DNA of 64,000 nucleotides, from positions 992,001-1,056,000 of the forward strand of contig CBFFRQ010000069.1 of assembly GCA_965644315.1 (NCBI GenBank). Direction: 5' to 3'. Below, piece after piece: positions 33,855 to 44,605 of the stretch. The stretch comes from Caecitellus pseudoparvulus (taxonomy: Eukaryota > Protista > Bigyra: Bicosoecida). The notes beneath the pieces were generated by a model. It saw nothing but the letters and a program-made list of their open reading frames with translations, was not told the origin of the DNA and searched no databases. Each line of letters starts with the position of its first letter. The first letter of the stretch is position 1. Made by a program: the position numbers and the translations under genes.

Positions 33855-36800
33855 CTACCTCCTGCTGCGGCGGCGACTCCTGGCAGAAACGCCACTGGTC
33901 ACGAGCCTCGGAGCTGACTCCGACACTCCTCTGCGAGCTCGTTTCGGGGCAGGAGGCGCCGCGGCGCCACCTCCCCCCACACCTTCACCGTCTTCATCGT
34001 CTTCGAAGTGGGCCCCGTCTCCAGCGCCGTGCCCTGCCTCCTGGCCCACTGCCAGCAGGGAGGCCGGCATCCGGCTGGAGCTGCGTCGCCCCCGCCTGGC
34101 CACTGGGGCCGCGGTCACCCCGACAGACACAGACACGCCCCGACGGCGGCGTGAGCCGCCCACAGGCACGGCATGAGCCGGCACCTTGCCGCCATCTTCC
34201 TCGTCATGGAAGGCACTGTGCGTCTGCATCGGCGGTTTGGACTCCGCACCGCTGATCGCACGCAGCACCTCAGCCGCCGGCGTCGCCTTCGCAGGTGCTG
34301 CTCTCAACGCGGCGTCTGTGTCCTGCACATCGTGTCGGGAGTCCTCTTCCTCCAGCTCCAGCTCCAGCTCCCGAGACTGCAAGCCAGACGTCACTGCGCA
34401 GTAGCGAAGAGACGCAGCATGAGATTGGCCAGGGTGCTGCTTTGCCACGCTGGCAGACGGGGCTGGTGCTGCATGGCGGCTACCTTCTCTGCTGTAGTAC
34501 GGAGCAGCGGAGCCGGGCTGTCGTCGGAAGGCCTTGAAGTTCGGGCGGTCGGCATGAGGCCAGTGCAGGCGGGCTGAGACGTCGTAGTACGACTGCAAGG
34601 CCGCCTCATCATGCCCCGCGATGTGAGGGCCCAGGCCGCTGCCAATGCACCCAGGGGGGCGGGTGGCCGTTGGGCCGCCACTGCCTGCACCCAGCCTGGG
34701 CATGGCATCCCCCCCCGAGTGACGGAGGACAAGGGCATCCAGCACGACCACTGCCCTCGAGGCAGATGGACTCCACTGTCCACCGCCATCCTCCTCCCCT
34801 TCCTCCTGGTGCGCCAAGTCGGGGCGGAGGTTCTTCAGGCTCCACTGCCGAATCCGCTGAGCGGCCGCCGGGCGGGCAGGCACATCCCCCGCCAAGATGA
34901 CCTTGTCCCCCTCCAGGGGCAGATGTGAGTGCTGGGCTGGCTCTGCCGCTTCACCGGGGCCGCCCCCATCTCGAGCACCTCCGCTGTCCGCAGCGCGTGA
35001 GTCACGCCCAGCGTCATGGTGGGCTTCATCACTACGGCAGGGCGCTGTCATGCCGCCCGAAGGCTTCGGAGCCACTGGCGAGCTGCCTGCCGCGGAGGGT
35101 GGTGCCGCTGGACACTGCTCCCCGCCACTCGCTTCGCGGCTGGCGGGCGCATCTTCATCATCCGAACTATCGAGCAGCAACACAGCTTGCACCCTCCGCG
35201 ACACGGCTGGCTTCCGCCGCTGGACTGCGTTGCCTGGCCGCCCGCCAGCGCCAGCCTGAGCAGAGCCAGGCTCAGCCTGCGTCGCCGCTTGGAAAACAGG
35301 GGAGGTGATGCCTGCACCACCCGTTGCCTGCACAGGCTGCTGCATCAGCGCGTCATCCCGGGTGGTCACCTCAGGCCCTTGGATTGGCGTATCGCGGACC
35401 TCCGCAGACAGCTGGGACGCCAGCGTGGACGCGGCCGCCGGGCCACTACTGCTGTGGCCGGGCTGGGCGCTTGGCGGCCTGCACGGCACTGGCGGCTCCA
35501 CTGCACCTTTGGCATCGCTTGTTGGCTTATCGGGCCTGCTTCCTGCAGCGCCAGCAGCGCCGGCTTCGGCTGTGGAGGCGGATGCCGTCGTGCGCCGAAA
35601 AGTGGACAAGTCTGGGGTTATGCTAGGCCCGCGCTGCTGGGACTGGCTGTGGAACTGCTGCACCAGCTGCGTCGCTTCACCCCGTGCGATGCTCTGCAAC
35701 AGCTGGAATTCGTTCACGACCGCGGCACCAGCAGCCAGCACTCGGGCAGCTAGGCGCTGCGCTGCCGGCGGCATGCTCGGCAGCCCCTCCAGCGACGCCA
35801 CCACCAGGCCCACAGCGGCGCTGCCCGAGTGGGGGTCGACATCCAGGGCCTGGTCAGGAGGCGGCACAGGCTCGCCAGACTGCCTGCACAGGCTGATGAG
35901 GAGCTCCTCAAACTGCGCTGGCTGCAGATCGTGCAGGCTCACCACCTCCGCCCCAGCTCCGGCAATGGCGGCCGCTGAGCGCATGGGGGAGGGAAAGAAG
36001 ACACGCAGACCGAGCAACGTCTCTCGGCGTGCAGCGGACTTGTGGTAGGTCCCCAAGGCATTGGGCTTGGGCGTGAAGTGGGCCGGGTCGGGCAGCTCGT
36101 CGTCCGTGGCATGGCGCCCGCGTGAGGAGTGGCAGCGCTCGAACATGGCGTCAACCCACGCCTGCGTGACCACAGGCACCTGCCGCAACAGGGCTTCCAT
36201 GAGTTTCTCCGTGATGGTGGGGCTGTCTGCCACCACCACCATCGTGGCATCCGCCACCTTGCGCGCGACGCACAGGCCCACCGCAGCGCACTGTGCCATG
36301 ACCTGCAGGCGGGTAGCTTTGGGAAGCCCGGAGCAGAGGACAGCCATCGGCTTCCACGTTAAGCTGGGCAGCGAGCGTGGCAGGGGGAGAGCTTGCGGGC
36401 GTGGACAGAGGGGCGCAGCGCTGCATGACATGCTCACGATAAGTTGGCACTATCGCCGGCTGGGTCGCCCAGGCACACCTCTACGGCTCGATCCTGCACT
36501 TGCACACTTCGCTTCAAGACGCACTTGGAATTTAACAGCGACTGCGGTGCAGCGTTGGGCCCGTGCAACGCAGGGAAAAGCGGAGGTAGTGTGTGGGCCA
36601 GGCCAACGCACGCCAAAGCTCGACTTGTCGGTCCAAGTCAAAGGGCAGGGAGCACACCCGGGCGTCGAGTCCGCGAGAGGGGCCACAGAAATCTCAGCAT
36701 GCAGTCTGGACACGCCTTGCGGCTTGAGAGTGACATCACACGAAACTGCAGGGTTCAAAAGTCCGGACCAGCGTTTCATCAGAGGCACGATGAAACGCAA

Positions 36801-36904
36801 GCGCAGCACGCACCCCTCCGGCCCACGCTGTACGGCTCAGCTCGAGGGACGAGAAAGTGCACAGCTTCCCCACTTGGAGCTCCATGGAAAATCAGTTGCC
36901 ACAT
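33855..36904 (-). CDS. NBN: Nibrin (FHA-BRCT-BRCT, Mre11-binding motif), 4 exons
   Basis: Spliced N-terminus MWQLIF...PYSVGRR|VSCDVTL..VSRLHAEI..DKSSFG (FHA). BRCT segment TITEKLMEALL..PVVTQAWV, then RRETLLGLRVFF. C-terminal PNFKAFRR resembles the NFKxFxK Mre11-binding motif. Three short introns lie between about 36360 and 36815. Confidence 0.85.
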
Positions 36905-37216
36905 GCCGGGTGCTTGAGCACTTCAGTCTGTGAGACCTGCTCCCACAGCCGCCAGGTGCCGTGTGTTTCATGCAGCAAGCGCTGATACACAGCAGCTGCG
37001 ACAGGTGAGCAAAACACAAAAGCCACCCCAAAAACACTGATGCAGTGGGTTGTGGGATTTGCAGTTCTGCTTGCGTGCCCTCCTGCCACCCACACTTGGC
37101 TCGTGCAGGGTGAGCCTGGGCCGGCTCTGTCGCCAGGCTGCAGCAAGCGCTGCGCGATTGACTGGCCGGCGACGCTGGCCCTTGCAGCGGACAAGCATGT
37201 CGGTGGCGTGAGGGCC
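36905..37216. promoter_or_regulatory. Putative bidirectional promoter NBS1/POLQ
   Basis: About 310 bp between the divergent ATGs. Confidence 0.5.
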
Positions 37217-40200
37217 ATGGCTAGTGAAGCGCTGAACATAGTGACTGGGGCACTAGGTGCCCCGCAGCATGCCCCCCTCAGCCACGACCAGCGCAGAAGT
37301 GGCTCTCGACTGGAGCGTGAAACAATTTCCGCAGCAGCGGCACCGCCGGCTGCAAAGCGGCAGCGAGTGGACCTTGGAGAGGGGGGTGCAGAGGGGCTGC
37401 CTGAACTACCACGCTCCCACGATGACCAGTCCTGTAGCGTGTTGAGCTCCGAGTGGGCCCTCCCTCCAGCTGCCGGCACAGTGCTGCTGAGTCAAGGCAT
37501 CCGCAGACTGCATGCCTGGCAGCGAGACTGCCTGCGCTGTCATGCCAAGGGCTCCAAGACGAACCTTGTGGTGCGAGCCCCCACCTCAGGTGGGAAGAGC
37601 CTTGTGGGGGACATGCTCTTGCTGCGCAGGCTGCACGAGCTGCCAGGCACTCTGGCCATGGTGGTGCTGCCGTACCAGGCCCTCGTGCGGGAGAAAGCCG
37701 CCAACCTGGCCGCCTTGGCGGCTGCCCTGGATGGATGTGGCGCGCAGGGCGCCGCATCTAGTGCTCCGAAGGTCAAGGCTGTCTTCGGGCACAAAGGCGG
37801 CTCCCGCTTCGGCTCTGCGCAGGTGGTGGTGACGACACCGGAGCGTGCGCTGGGCATCGTGGCCCAGCTCTGTGCCGACGAAGCGAACCCCATCGCCCCT
37901 GGCCTCTCGTCCCTCTCCTTCGTCTGTATGGATGAAGTGCACGTGGTGGGAGACAGCAGCCGGGGCGGGCGCGTGGAGGTCCTCCTCACCCTCCTCCTCC
38001 ACGCCAGCCGGGCAGTGGGGCAGCCCCCCCCCACGAGTCAGCCGCGCCACCGTGCTGGGCACTGCCCCATTCAAATCGTCGCCATGTCTGCGACCATGCC
38101 AAACGTGCAGGCGGTGGCTGCTTGGCTGCGTGCGACGCCCTTCACTGCGACGCACCGGCCGTCAACCCTGCACCAGTACACGGTGCTGCAGGGGCACGTG
38201 TACGCCTGTCGCGACCCACGCAGCCAGGCGCTGCGTGTCCTGTCCTCGGCAGCAGGGGGCACTGCCTCCAGCGTGCCGGCTGCTCTGCAAAGCCTCGCAC
38301 GGGAGACGGCGGTGCGGGGGCAGCACTGCCTGGTGTTCTGCGCCTCCAAGGCGGGAGTGCGGCGCACCGCCCTTTCCCTCGCCACCGCCCTGCAGCAGGG
38401 CATGGCCAGCACGCCATGGAGGCCCAGCGACGAGCTCCGCTCGCTGCTCGACCTGCCCATCATGCAGTCCCTGGACGCAGGCCTGCGGGGAGCCTTCGCC
38501 GTGGGCGTGGGAGTGCACCACGCCTCGCTGGAGGCAGGGGTCAAGGAGGTCATGCAGGGCGCGTTCGAGCGCCGGGCGCTGCACACACTGTGCGCGACGA
38601 CCTCCCTGGCAGCAGGCGTGAACCTGCCCGCGCACCGCGTCATCGTCACGGCGCTCAAGGTCGGCATTGCGACCCTGGACGCCACACGGTACCAGCAGAT
38701 GGTGGGACGGGCTGGCAGGTTCGGCTTGGCGGCAGGCGGCGAGGCGTACGTCCTGGCACGGACCCTGCAGGATCGAAGGGATGCCGCTGAGCTCGCTCTG
38801 GCTGGCGCAGAGCCACTGCTGTCCCGCTTGCTGCCTGCCCGCATGGAGCCAGTGGACCCTGCTGCGTTGCAGAGTGCCAGCGCCCTGTTTACGCAGCCTG
38901 CACAGAGTCAGCCGCTCTGGATCACACAGAAAACCTCGGAGCAGTGGTCACTCCCCGCAGCGCCAGATGTCCAGCGCCTCCTCTTGGCTGGCGTGAGCGC
39001 GGGGCTCGTCGTCGGCCCGGCCTCCTTGCGGGAGCTGCTGCAGTGCACTTTCGCCGCCTCCCTGGGCCACCTGGAGCCCTTGCAGGCCGTGGCGGTGTCC
39101 ACCTTGTCTCGGCTTCTCCAAGAGCGCCACGTCTGCGACTCGCGGCACACCACGGCAAAGGATGCTTGGAGGGAGGCTGCCGTGGGCACTGTGCAGGCCA
39201 AGGCAGGGTGCCACCCAGTGGAGCTAGCACGGCGCATGGGGGCCACCCTGTCGTCTGCCTGGCTGGACATGGTGGCCAGGAGTCTCTTGGAGCGGGGCGA
39301 GGCTCTTGCCCCGCTGCCTTGCGTTGGGGACGTGCAGGGCGAGAGTGTTGGGTGCCAGACTCCCTGGCTGCCGTCAGACACCGGCTCTGCGGCCTTTGCA
39401 TCCAGCCTGACTGGCGCAGAAACGAGCGTCCTGCTCAACTGCGCCCACGTAGTCTTGCGGCGGCAGAACTTAGCATCGCAACTGCAGCCTGTCTTCCTCA
39501 TCTGCCCCGTGCTTGGGCTTCCCCGTGTTAAGGCGCCACCATCGCTGTTCAGCCGCTACTGTGCCTTGCCCGACGCTGAGCGAGGCATGGTGCATGAAAT
39601 GGGCATTGGGCAAGGCGATGTGCTCGCGCTGCAGGGCATTGATGCAGTCCCGCCACGCTTGCGATCCGCCATGCAGCGCCTGCAAGCTGTGCTCATGTTG
39701 TACTTTGCGCTGCACGGGGCACGCCTTGCCGCGGTGGCTCGATGGTTTGGATTCAACCAAGATGACGTGGGGGAGGTGCAGGGCTTGGTGTCCACCACTT
39801 TCACCTTTGCCGGCTCGGTGAAGCGCCTTGTCGCGCACGTCTTACCTCCGCGCCAGCGACCCATCTTGACTCGCCTCATAGACCACATGCGCCGGCAGTT
39901 GAAGGGCATTCTCAAAGGCAAAGCAGCAAAGCTGGCTGCAACGCTTCGATGTGATGTGGGGGTCACGCAGGCGGTGGCAGAGGCCGGGTTGCACTCCATT
40001 CCCGCCCTCGCGGCCGCCCACCCTTCAGCAACACAGGCAGCGCTGCTTGCCGCTGCACCCTGGGCTTTGCCTGATCGTGCTCGGGGCGCATTTGCCCCCC
40101 ACAAAGCTGAAAAGGGTGGGGGAATTCTCCTGTCCCCATGCAATGCCCAACCTGAGCTCCCGAAGGAAGCGAGCTTGGATGAGTTGTGTGGCGCAATGAG

Positions 40201-43200
40201 CACTTGGCTGGACGATGTCGCACCCGCTACCAAAGCCGCGCTGGACGAGCAGCGCTCTGCAGCACTTGCATCACAGAGCCTCTTTCAAGCCACGAGCCGT
40301 GCTCGAGATGATTGGGACACCAGCACTCGTGCATCCGAGCTGTCCCAGGATGCGAGCTTGCTATCACCAGTGCCGTGCAGTGTGCGAGCTGGGGGCACTC
40401 TGCTAGACACCTGTGCAGACACCACGCCCCTGTGCCTTACATTCAACACCAGTGCTGTCTTATTGCCCACCGAGTCAGGCGCCTCCTTCATTCGGGGCGA
40501 CAGTGCCGGCGTCAGTTTCGCGCTGCGGAACGGGGAGGTGCTGCCGGTTGGGGATGCCCTTGCCGGGGAGGCCTGGGCGGCGGATGCCTTCGACAGCGAC
40601 TCAGGGGACTCTGTGCTCAGCGCTTTTTCTGCTGGGTCAAGTGCGGGAATGAAGGGAGCTGAGCAAGGGCAAGGAACGGTGGTGGGTGGCAGTTGCAACG
40701 GCAGCGCAGCTGAAGCGCACTCCCGCATCGAGGCGGCTGACACCTCGTGTGATCGGACGTTCCGATCCCTGCTTGTGTCCTCACCAGACGTCACCCCCGA
40801 GCGTCACTCTATGAGCTGCCTGTCGCTCGAACCTCCTGCATCAGCCCTCAAAACGTGCACGAGCCCTCAAGCACAACGGACAGCGAGTTCTGCGCGTCTG
40901 CCTCCACTGAGCGATGTACTTGGCCACACAGGATTAGCCGCTGCTCAGCAGGCCCCTGTACTGGCTGTGTCTTTGCTCATGAGCAAGCTGCCGGCATTTG
41001 CCTGCGCAGAGCGCTGGTCTTGGTGTCTTGGACGAGGGTCGCATGCCGTGAAGAGCAAGGCTCTGCTGCAGTTCGCTAGTGCGGGGGAAATTAACAGCTG
41101 CACAGCACCAGGCCAGGCACAGACCGCCTATCGAGTGATCGTGGAGGGGTCTGCATGCATCCTGCGAGGCGTGACGTTCACGTGGGCCGACCCGTCCCTT
41201 CGCTCATGTGTCCTCACCCTGCCCCCGCCCATCCCGCGGCGGCCTGCGTGGGAGGGCTTGCATGCTGGCAGCTTACCTTTCGCAGCCATGCGCAGCATAG
41301 CGAGTTTCACAGACTTTGGAGGTCAGAATGGGTGCCTCTCAAGCACGTGCTTAGCTGGAACATGCCGGGCCGGGGCAGCTGCCGTGGCTGATGCACGGGC
41401 AGGGCACCATGCCAAGCATGTGCAGCCTCGATGGGGCATCCTGCAGCGCCTTCTGGATGAGTACCGCGGTCAGCTTGTCATCGTGCACGCGAAGGGTGTG
41501 TTCGCAGAGCTCCTCAGGCATGGCGTCCAGCCGCCTGCAGCACCCGTGTTCGACCCGGCGGTGGCTCACTGGATGCTGGACACAGATGCTGCCTCCTCGC
41601 CCTCCTTGCATGCCCTGTGCAGCAGGTACGGCCACTCGCTGCAGCCGCATCTTCTGGATTCACTGGTGTCCAGTGGCTCGATGGGCGAGGAGCAGGCAGC
41701 GGCAGCGCTCTCTGCTGTGGAAGCATGGCTCCACGCCCAGGCGACGCTGAAGCAGCACAGTAAGCCGTTGAGCAGGTTCAACCGCCTGGCCCCCGATGCC
41801 GTGCTGGCACAGTATCCTGCTACGGCCTTTGCTATGGCGGGCGACATGCTGGCTGGCGGGTCCATGCCTGACAAAGCCAGGCCCACATCCTCTGTGTTTT
41901 GCGTCCAAGGCACATGGACAGAGGACTCCGCAGGCTCAGAGGCGGTGCTGGGCGCTGCAGACCAGCACTGGGTGACGCTGGCTAGGCCAGGCACGCAGTG
42001 TGTGCCCGCTCTTTCCTGCCACTCGGGCGCAGGGCCACCCACGCCCAGGCCAATCATGCGCCGTGGGGCAGGCATGGTGCCGGGATGGGACGGGCGGGAT
42101 GTCGCCCACCAGAGGGGCTGCGTCGCCCTGGTCGTCTCTGCTGCCCTTAGACATGCCCTGCAGGCTGGCTGCCTACTACAGCCACTCTTGGAGCTGGAGA
42201 TGCCCGCCCGCCTGGTCATGGCCTGTGCCGAGGTACGGGGCATGGCAGCAGACAAGCGCCTGCTGGTGGCCCTGCACACCCAAGTGAAGGAGTCCAGGCA
42301 CGCTCTAGACAGTGCCGCTGCTCGCTTGGTTCCCAGCTCACGCCGCTTGAACCTGGCGTCGGAGCGGGACGTGTGCACTGCCCTGGAAGACATGCTGGCA
42401 GGTCGCGAGGGGCCGGTTCCAGTGTCGTTCACCTCTGCAGGCTTGGAGCGCCTGGCCAACGATGCGAAAGTTCCTTTCCCTGCAAGATGCTTAGCGGCGG
42501 CTGTGTTGCAGATGCGGGTGCTGGCTCCCATGGGCTCCTGCCTGTCCAGCCTCTTGGCGGCGGTGGCGTGGGAGGGCAGCTCCAGTGGCTTCCGTGTCTT
42601 CCCCGTCAGCAACGCCTTTTCAGCCACCGGGCGTGTGGGTTTGCGGAAGCCCAACCTGCAGATGTTGCCGAAAGCCACGTGCATCCGCTTGGCCAGTACG
42701 CTCACCGTGCACCAGGAGCTGCGCATGGGGTTGCTGCCCCCGGCGGCCGCAGTGGCCGGCCCCGCAGCTGCGTGCTTGGTTGTCAATGCGGCGGCATCCC
42801 ATGCCAAGGCCAGCACTGCTCAGGGACAGCCAAGGTACCCCGTGCTGCGCCCTGCGTCATTGGTCACTGCAGGAGGCAGTGTTGCTTTGGACCAACCATC
42901 TGTTGCCAGCGGGCCCATGTCCACGACACTCACCCCTCGTGGCCAGCTGGACCTCCGCCACGCGCCCCTGGCGCAGTACTGGGAGGCCTTCGGCTTCCCC
43001 TACCCGAATCCGAAAAGCGTCTCTCAAGTGCTCGTGCGCTTTGGCCAGTCACCGCGGGCACCAGCCATTGCCGTGCCAGCTGACCAAGTTCAGCGGCGCA
43101 TGGGAGCACGATTCTACGACTTGGCTGCTCTGCTGGCACCTCCGGAGGACGACACAGACAGCCCCTACCTGCCCCTCTCGCATTGCACGAGCACACTGAA

Positions 43201-44017
43201 CCTGCGCCTTGCAATGTGTGCTTCTCCAGGGCGGGTGCTGCTGGCAGTGGACTTCAGCCAAGTGGAGCTTCGCGTGCTGGCGCACTTGTCGCAGGATGAC
43301 ACCCTGCTGCAGCTCCTGCGCTCGGGCACTGACGTGTTCTTGTGGCTGACCCAGCAGTGGCGAGGCGTCTGTGCCGACCTCTCTCGTGCTGCCGCCAAGG
43401 CCCTCGTGTACGGCATGCTGTACGGCATGCAGGGGCGGCAACTTGGCGCCCAGATGGGCATTCCCACCGCGACAGCCATCCGACTACAAGGCGCCTTCCT
43501 TCAGCAGTTTCCCGGCGTCCGGGCACTGTTCAGTCGCACTGTTGCTCAGTGCCGTAGGCATGGCTTCGTCACTACCCTGCTGGGGCGGCGCCGGTACCTG
43601 CCTGACATTCGCAGTGCCGCCGCGGCCGCACGAGCACGGGCTGAGCGGCAAGCAGTGAACACCATCTGCCAGGGCTCAGCGGCAGACTTGCTCAAGGCGT
43701 CCCTCGTGGCCATTCAAAAGGCTCTGTCCTCCATTCAGCGCCCTGTCGCCGCTGGCGGGGAGAGATGGGTGCACGTAAGCACGCGGCGCGAGGTGGTTGA
43801 CCAGCACTGCGCTCATTTGGTCCTGCACATCCACGATGAAGTGGTGCTGGACGTGCCAGAGGAGCCGGCCGTGCTTCAGACCACCGCAGAGGCAGTGCGA
43901 CAGGCCATGGTTGAGACGACACCTCTTTCTGTGCCGCTGGTGGTGAAGATGGAGGTCGGCAAAACGTGGGGGGCCATGTCCCCTTTCGACCCTGATGAGC
44001 CAGAGCGCAGCTCCTGA
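37217..44017 (+). CDS. POLQ: DNA polymerase theta (SF2 helicase + family A polymerase)
   Basis: APTSGGKS, DEVH, MSAT, GVGVHHA, TTSLAAGVNLPA and QMVGRAGR. PolA motifs TGR..PNLQ, DFSQVELRVLAH, AKALVYGMLYG, ERQAVNTICQGSAAD and IHDE. Confidence 0.95.
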   Translation: MASEALNIVTGALGAPQHAPLSHDQRRSGSRLERETISAAAAPPAAKRQRVDLGEGGAEGLPELPRSHDDQSCSVLSSEWALPPAAGTVLLSQGIRRLHAWQRDCLRCHAKGSKTNLVVRAPTSGGKSLVGDMLLLRRLHELPGTLAMVVLPYQALVREKAANLAALAAALDGCGAQGAASSAPKVKAVFGHKGGSRFGSAQVVVTTPERALGIVAQLCADEANPIAPGLSSLSFVCMDEVHVVGDSSRGGRVEVLLTLLLHASRAVGQPPPTSQPRHRAGHCPIQIVAMSATMPNVQAVAAWLRATPFTATHRPSTLHQYTVLQGHVYACRDPRSQALRVLSSAAGGTASSVPAALQSLARETAVRGQHCLVFCASKAGVRRTALSLATALQQGMASTPWRPSDELRSLLDLPIMQSLDAGLRGAFAVGVGVHHASLEAGVKEVMQGAFERRALHTLCATTSLAAGVNLPAHRVIVTALKVGIATLDATRYQQMVGRAGRFGLAAGGEAYVLARTLQDRRDAAELALAGAEPLLSRLLPARMEPVDPAALQSASALFTQPAQSQPLWITQKTSEQWSLPAAPDVQRLLLAGVSAGLVVGPASLRELLQCTFAASLGHLEPLQAVAVSTLSRLLQERHVCDSRHTTAKDAWREAAVGTVQAKAGCHPVELARRMGATLSSAWLDMVARSLLERGEALAPLPCVGDVQGESVGCQTPWLPSDTGSAAFASSLTGAETSVLLNCAHVVLRRQNLASQLQPVFLICPVLGLPRVKAPPSLFSRYCALPDAERGMVHEMGIGQGDVLALQGIDAVPPRLRSAMQRLQAVLMLYFALHGARLAAVARWFGFNQDDVGEVQGLVSTTFTFAGSVKRLVAHVLPPRQRPILTRLIDHMRRQLKGILKGKAAKLAATLRCDVGVTQAVAEAGLHSIPALAAAHPSATQAALLAAAPWALPDRARGAFAPHKAEKGGGILLSPCNAQPELPKEASLDELCGAMSTWLDDVAPATKAALDEQRSAALASQSLFQATSRARDDWDTSTRASELSQDASLLSPVPCSVRAGGTLLDTCADTTPLCLTFNTSAVLLPTESGASFIRGDSAGVSFALRNGEVLPVGDALAGEAWAADAFDSDSGDSVLSAFSAGSSAGMKGAEQGQGTVVGGSCNGSAAEAHSRIEAADTSCDRTFRSLLVSSPDVTPERHSMSCLSLEPPASALKTCTSPQAQRTASSARLPPLSDVLGHTGLAAAQQAPVLAVSLLMSKLPAFACAERWSWCLGRGSHAVKSKALLQFASAGEINSCTAPGQAQTAYRVIVEGSACILRGVTFTWADPSLRSCVLTLPPPIPRRPAWEGLHAGSLPFAAMRSIASFTDFGGQNGCLSSTCLAGTCRAGAAAVADARAGHHAKHVQPRWGILQRLLDEYRGQLVIVHAKGVFAELLRHGVQPPAAPVFDPAVAHWMLDTDAASSPSLHALCSRYGHSLQPHLLDSLVSSGSMGEEQAAAALSAVEAWLHAQATLKQHSKPLSRFNRLAPDAVLAQYPATAFAMAGDMLAGGSMPDKARPTSSVFCVQGTWTEDSAGSEAVLGAADQHWVTLARPGTQCVPALSCHSGAGPPTPRPIMRRGAGMVPGWDGRDVAHQRGCVALVVSAALRHALQAGCLLQPLLELEMPARLVMACAEVRGMAADKRLLVALHTQVKESRHALDSAAARLVPSSRRLNLASERDVCTALEDMLAGREGPVPVSFTSAGLERLANDAKVPFPARCLAAAVLQMRVLAPMGSCLSSLLAAVAWEGSSSGFRVFPVSNAFSATGRVGLRKPNLQMLPKATCIRLASTLTVHQELRMGLLPPAAAVAGPAAACLVVNAAASHAKASTAQGQPRYPVLRPASLVTAGGSVALDQPSVASGPMSTTLTPRGQLDLRHAPLAQYWEAFGFPYPNPKSVSQVLVRFGQSPRAPAIAVPADQVQRRMGARFYDLAALLAPPEDDTDSPYLPLSHCTSTLNLRLAMCASPGRVLLAVDFSQVELRVLAHLSQDDTLLQLLRSGTDVFLWLTQQWRGVCADLSRAAAKALVYGMLYGMQGRQLGAQMGIPTATAIRLQGAFLQQFPGVRALFSRTVAQCRRHGFVTTLLGRRRYLPDIRSAAAAARARAERQAVNTICQGSAADLLKASLVAIQKALSSIQRPVAAGGERWVHVSTRREVVDQHCAHLVLHIHDEVVLDVPEEPAVLQTTAEAVRQAMVETTPLSVPLVVKMEVGKTWGAMSPFDPDEPERSS

Positions 44018-44094
44018 CTATAATCCACAACCCACGCCACATTTCATGGAGAATACGCACAGCCTGTGGCTTGATTTACCCCTTATTTGTTGGA

Positions 44095-44601
44095 ATGGCT
44101 GACCGACACGAAGAGCAGCGCCCTGCGAAGGATGCAGGGGCTCCGAGAATTCCTCTGACCACCGCTTGCGTTTCAGATGAAACGCCGGCCAGCCCAGCCG
44201 TAGCCTGTCCCTACAAGAAAGGGAAACCCCGTATGTCAGCGTTCCCTGCCTGCACACTACCCCTGACACTTGCTGTATCCGCGCTCGCTCCCCCCCCCTT
44301 GGCAGTGAAGCCCCTTCCATTTCGAATTCATGTGCTGGAGCCAAAGGCTGATGGCTCCATGCCTGCCCCCTGTGACTGCGGCAGGCAACACATGGTGCGG
44401 GGACACACATACCGCTACTGCACCTGCGGCCACAGCAAGGCACAGCCTTTTTGCGACGATTCTCATGAAATGGAGGCGCCGTCGTTCTCTCCCCTGGAGT
44501 TTGTCGCGGACAAACCGCAGACCTTCTACTTGCTTTGCGGCTGCAAGCAGACGGACGTGCCCCCGCACTGTGACGGTAACCACATCCACATTGAATTCTA
44601 A
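44095..44601 (+). CDS. Tandem CDGSH [2Fe-2S] protein (CISD3/MiNT-like)
   Basis: CTCGHSKAQPFCDDSH and LCGCKQTDVPPHCDGNH. Probable in-frame intron about 44231-44305. Confidence 0.88.
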   Translation: MADRHEEQRPAKDAGAPRIPLTTACVSDETPASPAVACPYKKGKPRMSAFPACTLPLTLAVSALAPPPLAVKPLPFRIHVLEPKADGSMPAPCDCGRQHMVRGHTYRYCTCGHSKAQPFCDDSHEMEAPSFSPLEFVADKPQTFYLLCGCKQTDVPPHCDGNHIHIEF

Positions 44602-44605
44602 GGCG

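Noticed and set aside
37040-37216. Upstream in-frame start for POLQ (MQWVVGF...)
   Set aside because: It falls in the NBS1/POLQ promoter gap. ATG 37217 has the gccATGG context seen at other starts.
37217-44017. Helicase-polymerase as a viral or mobile-element replicase
   Set aside because: The architecture is canonical eukaryotic Pol theta. There are no flanking repeats, integrase or capsid genes.
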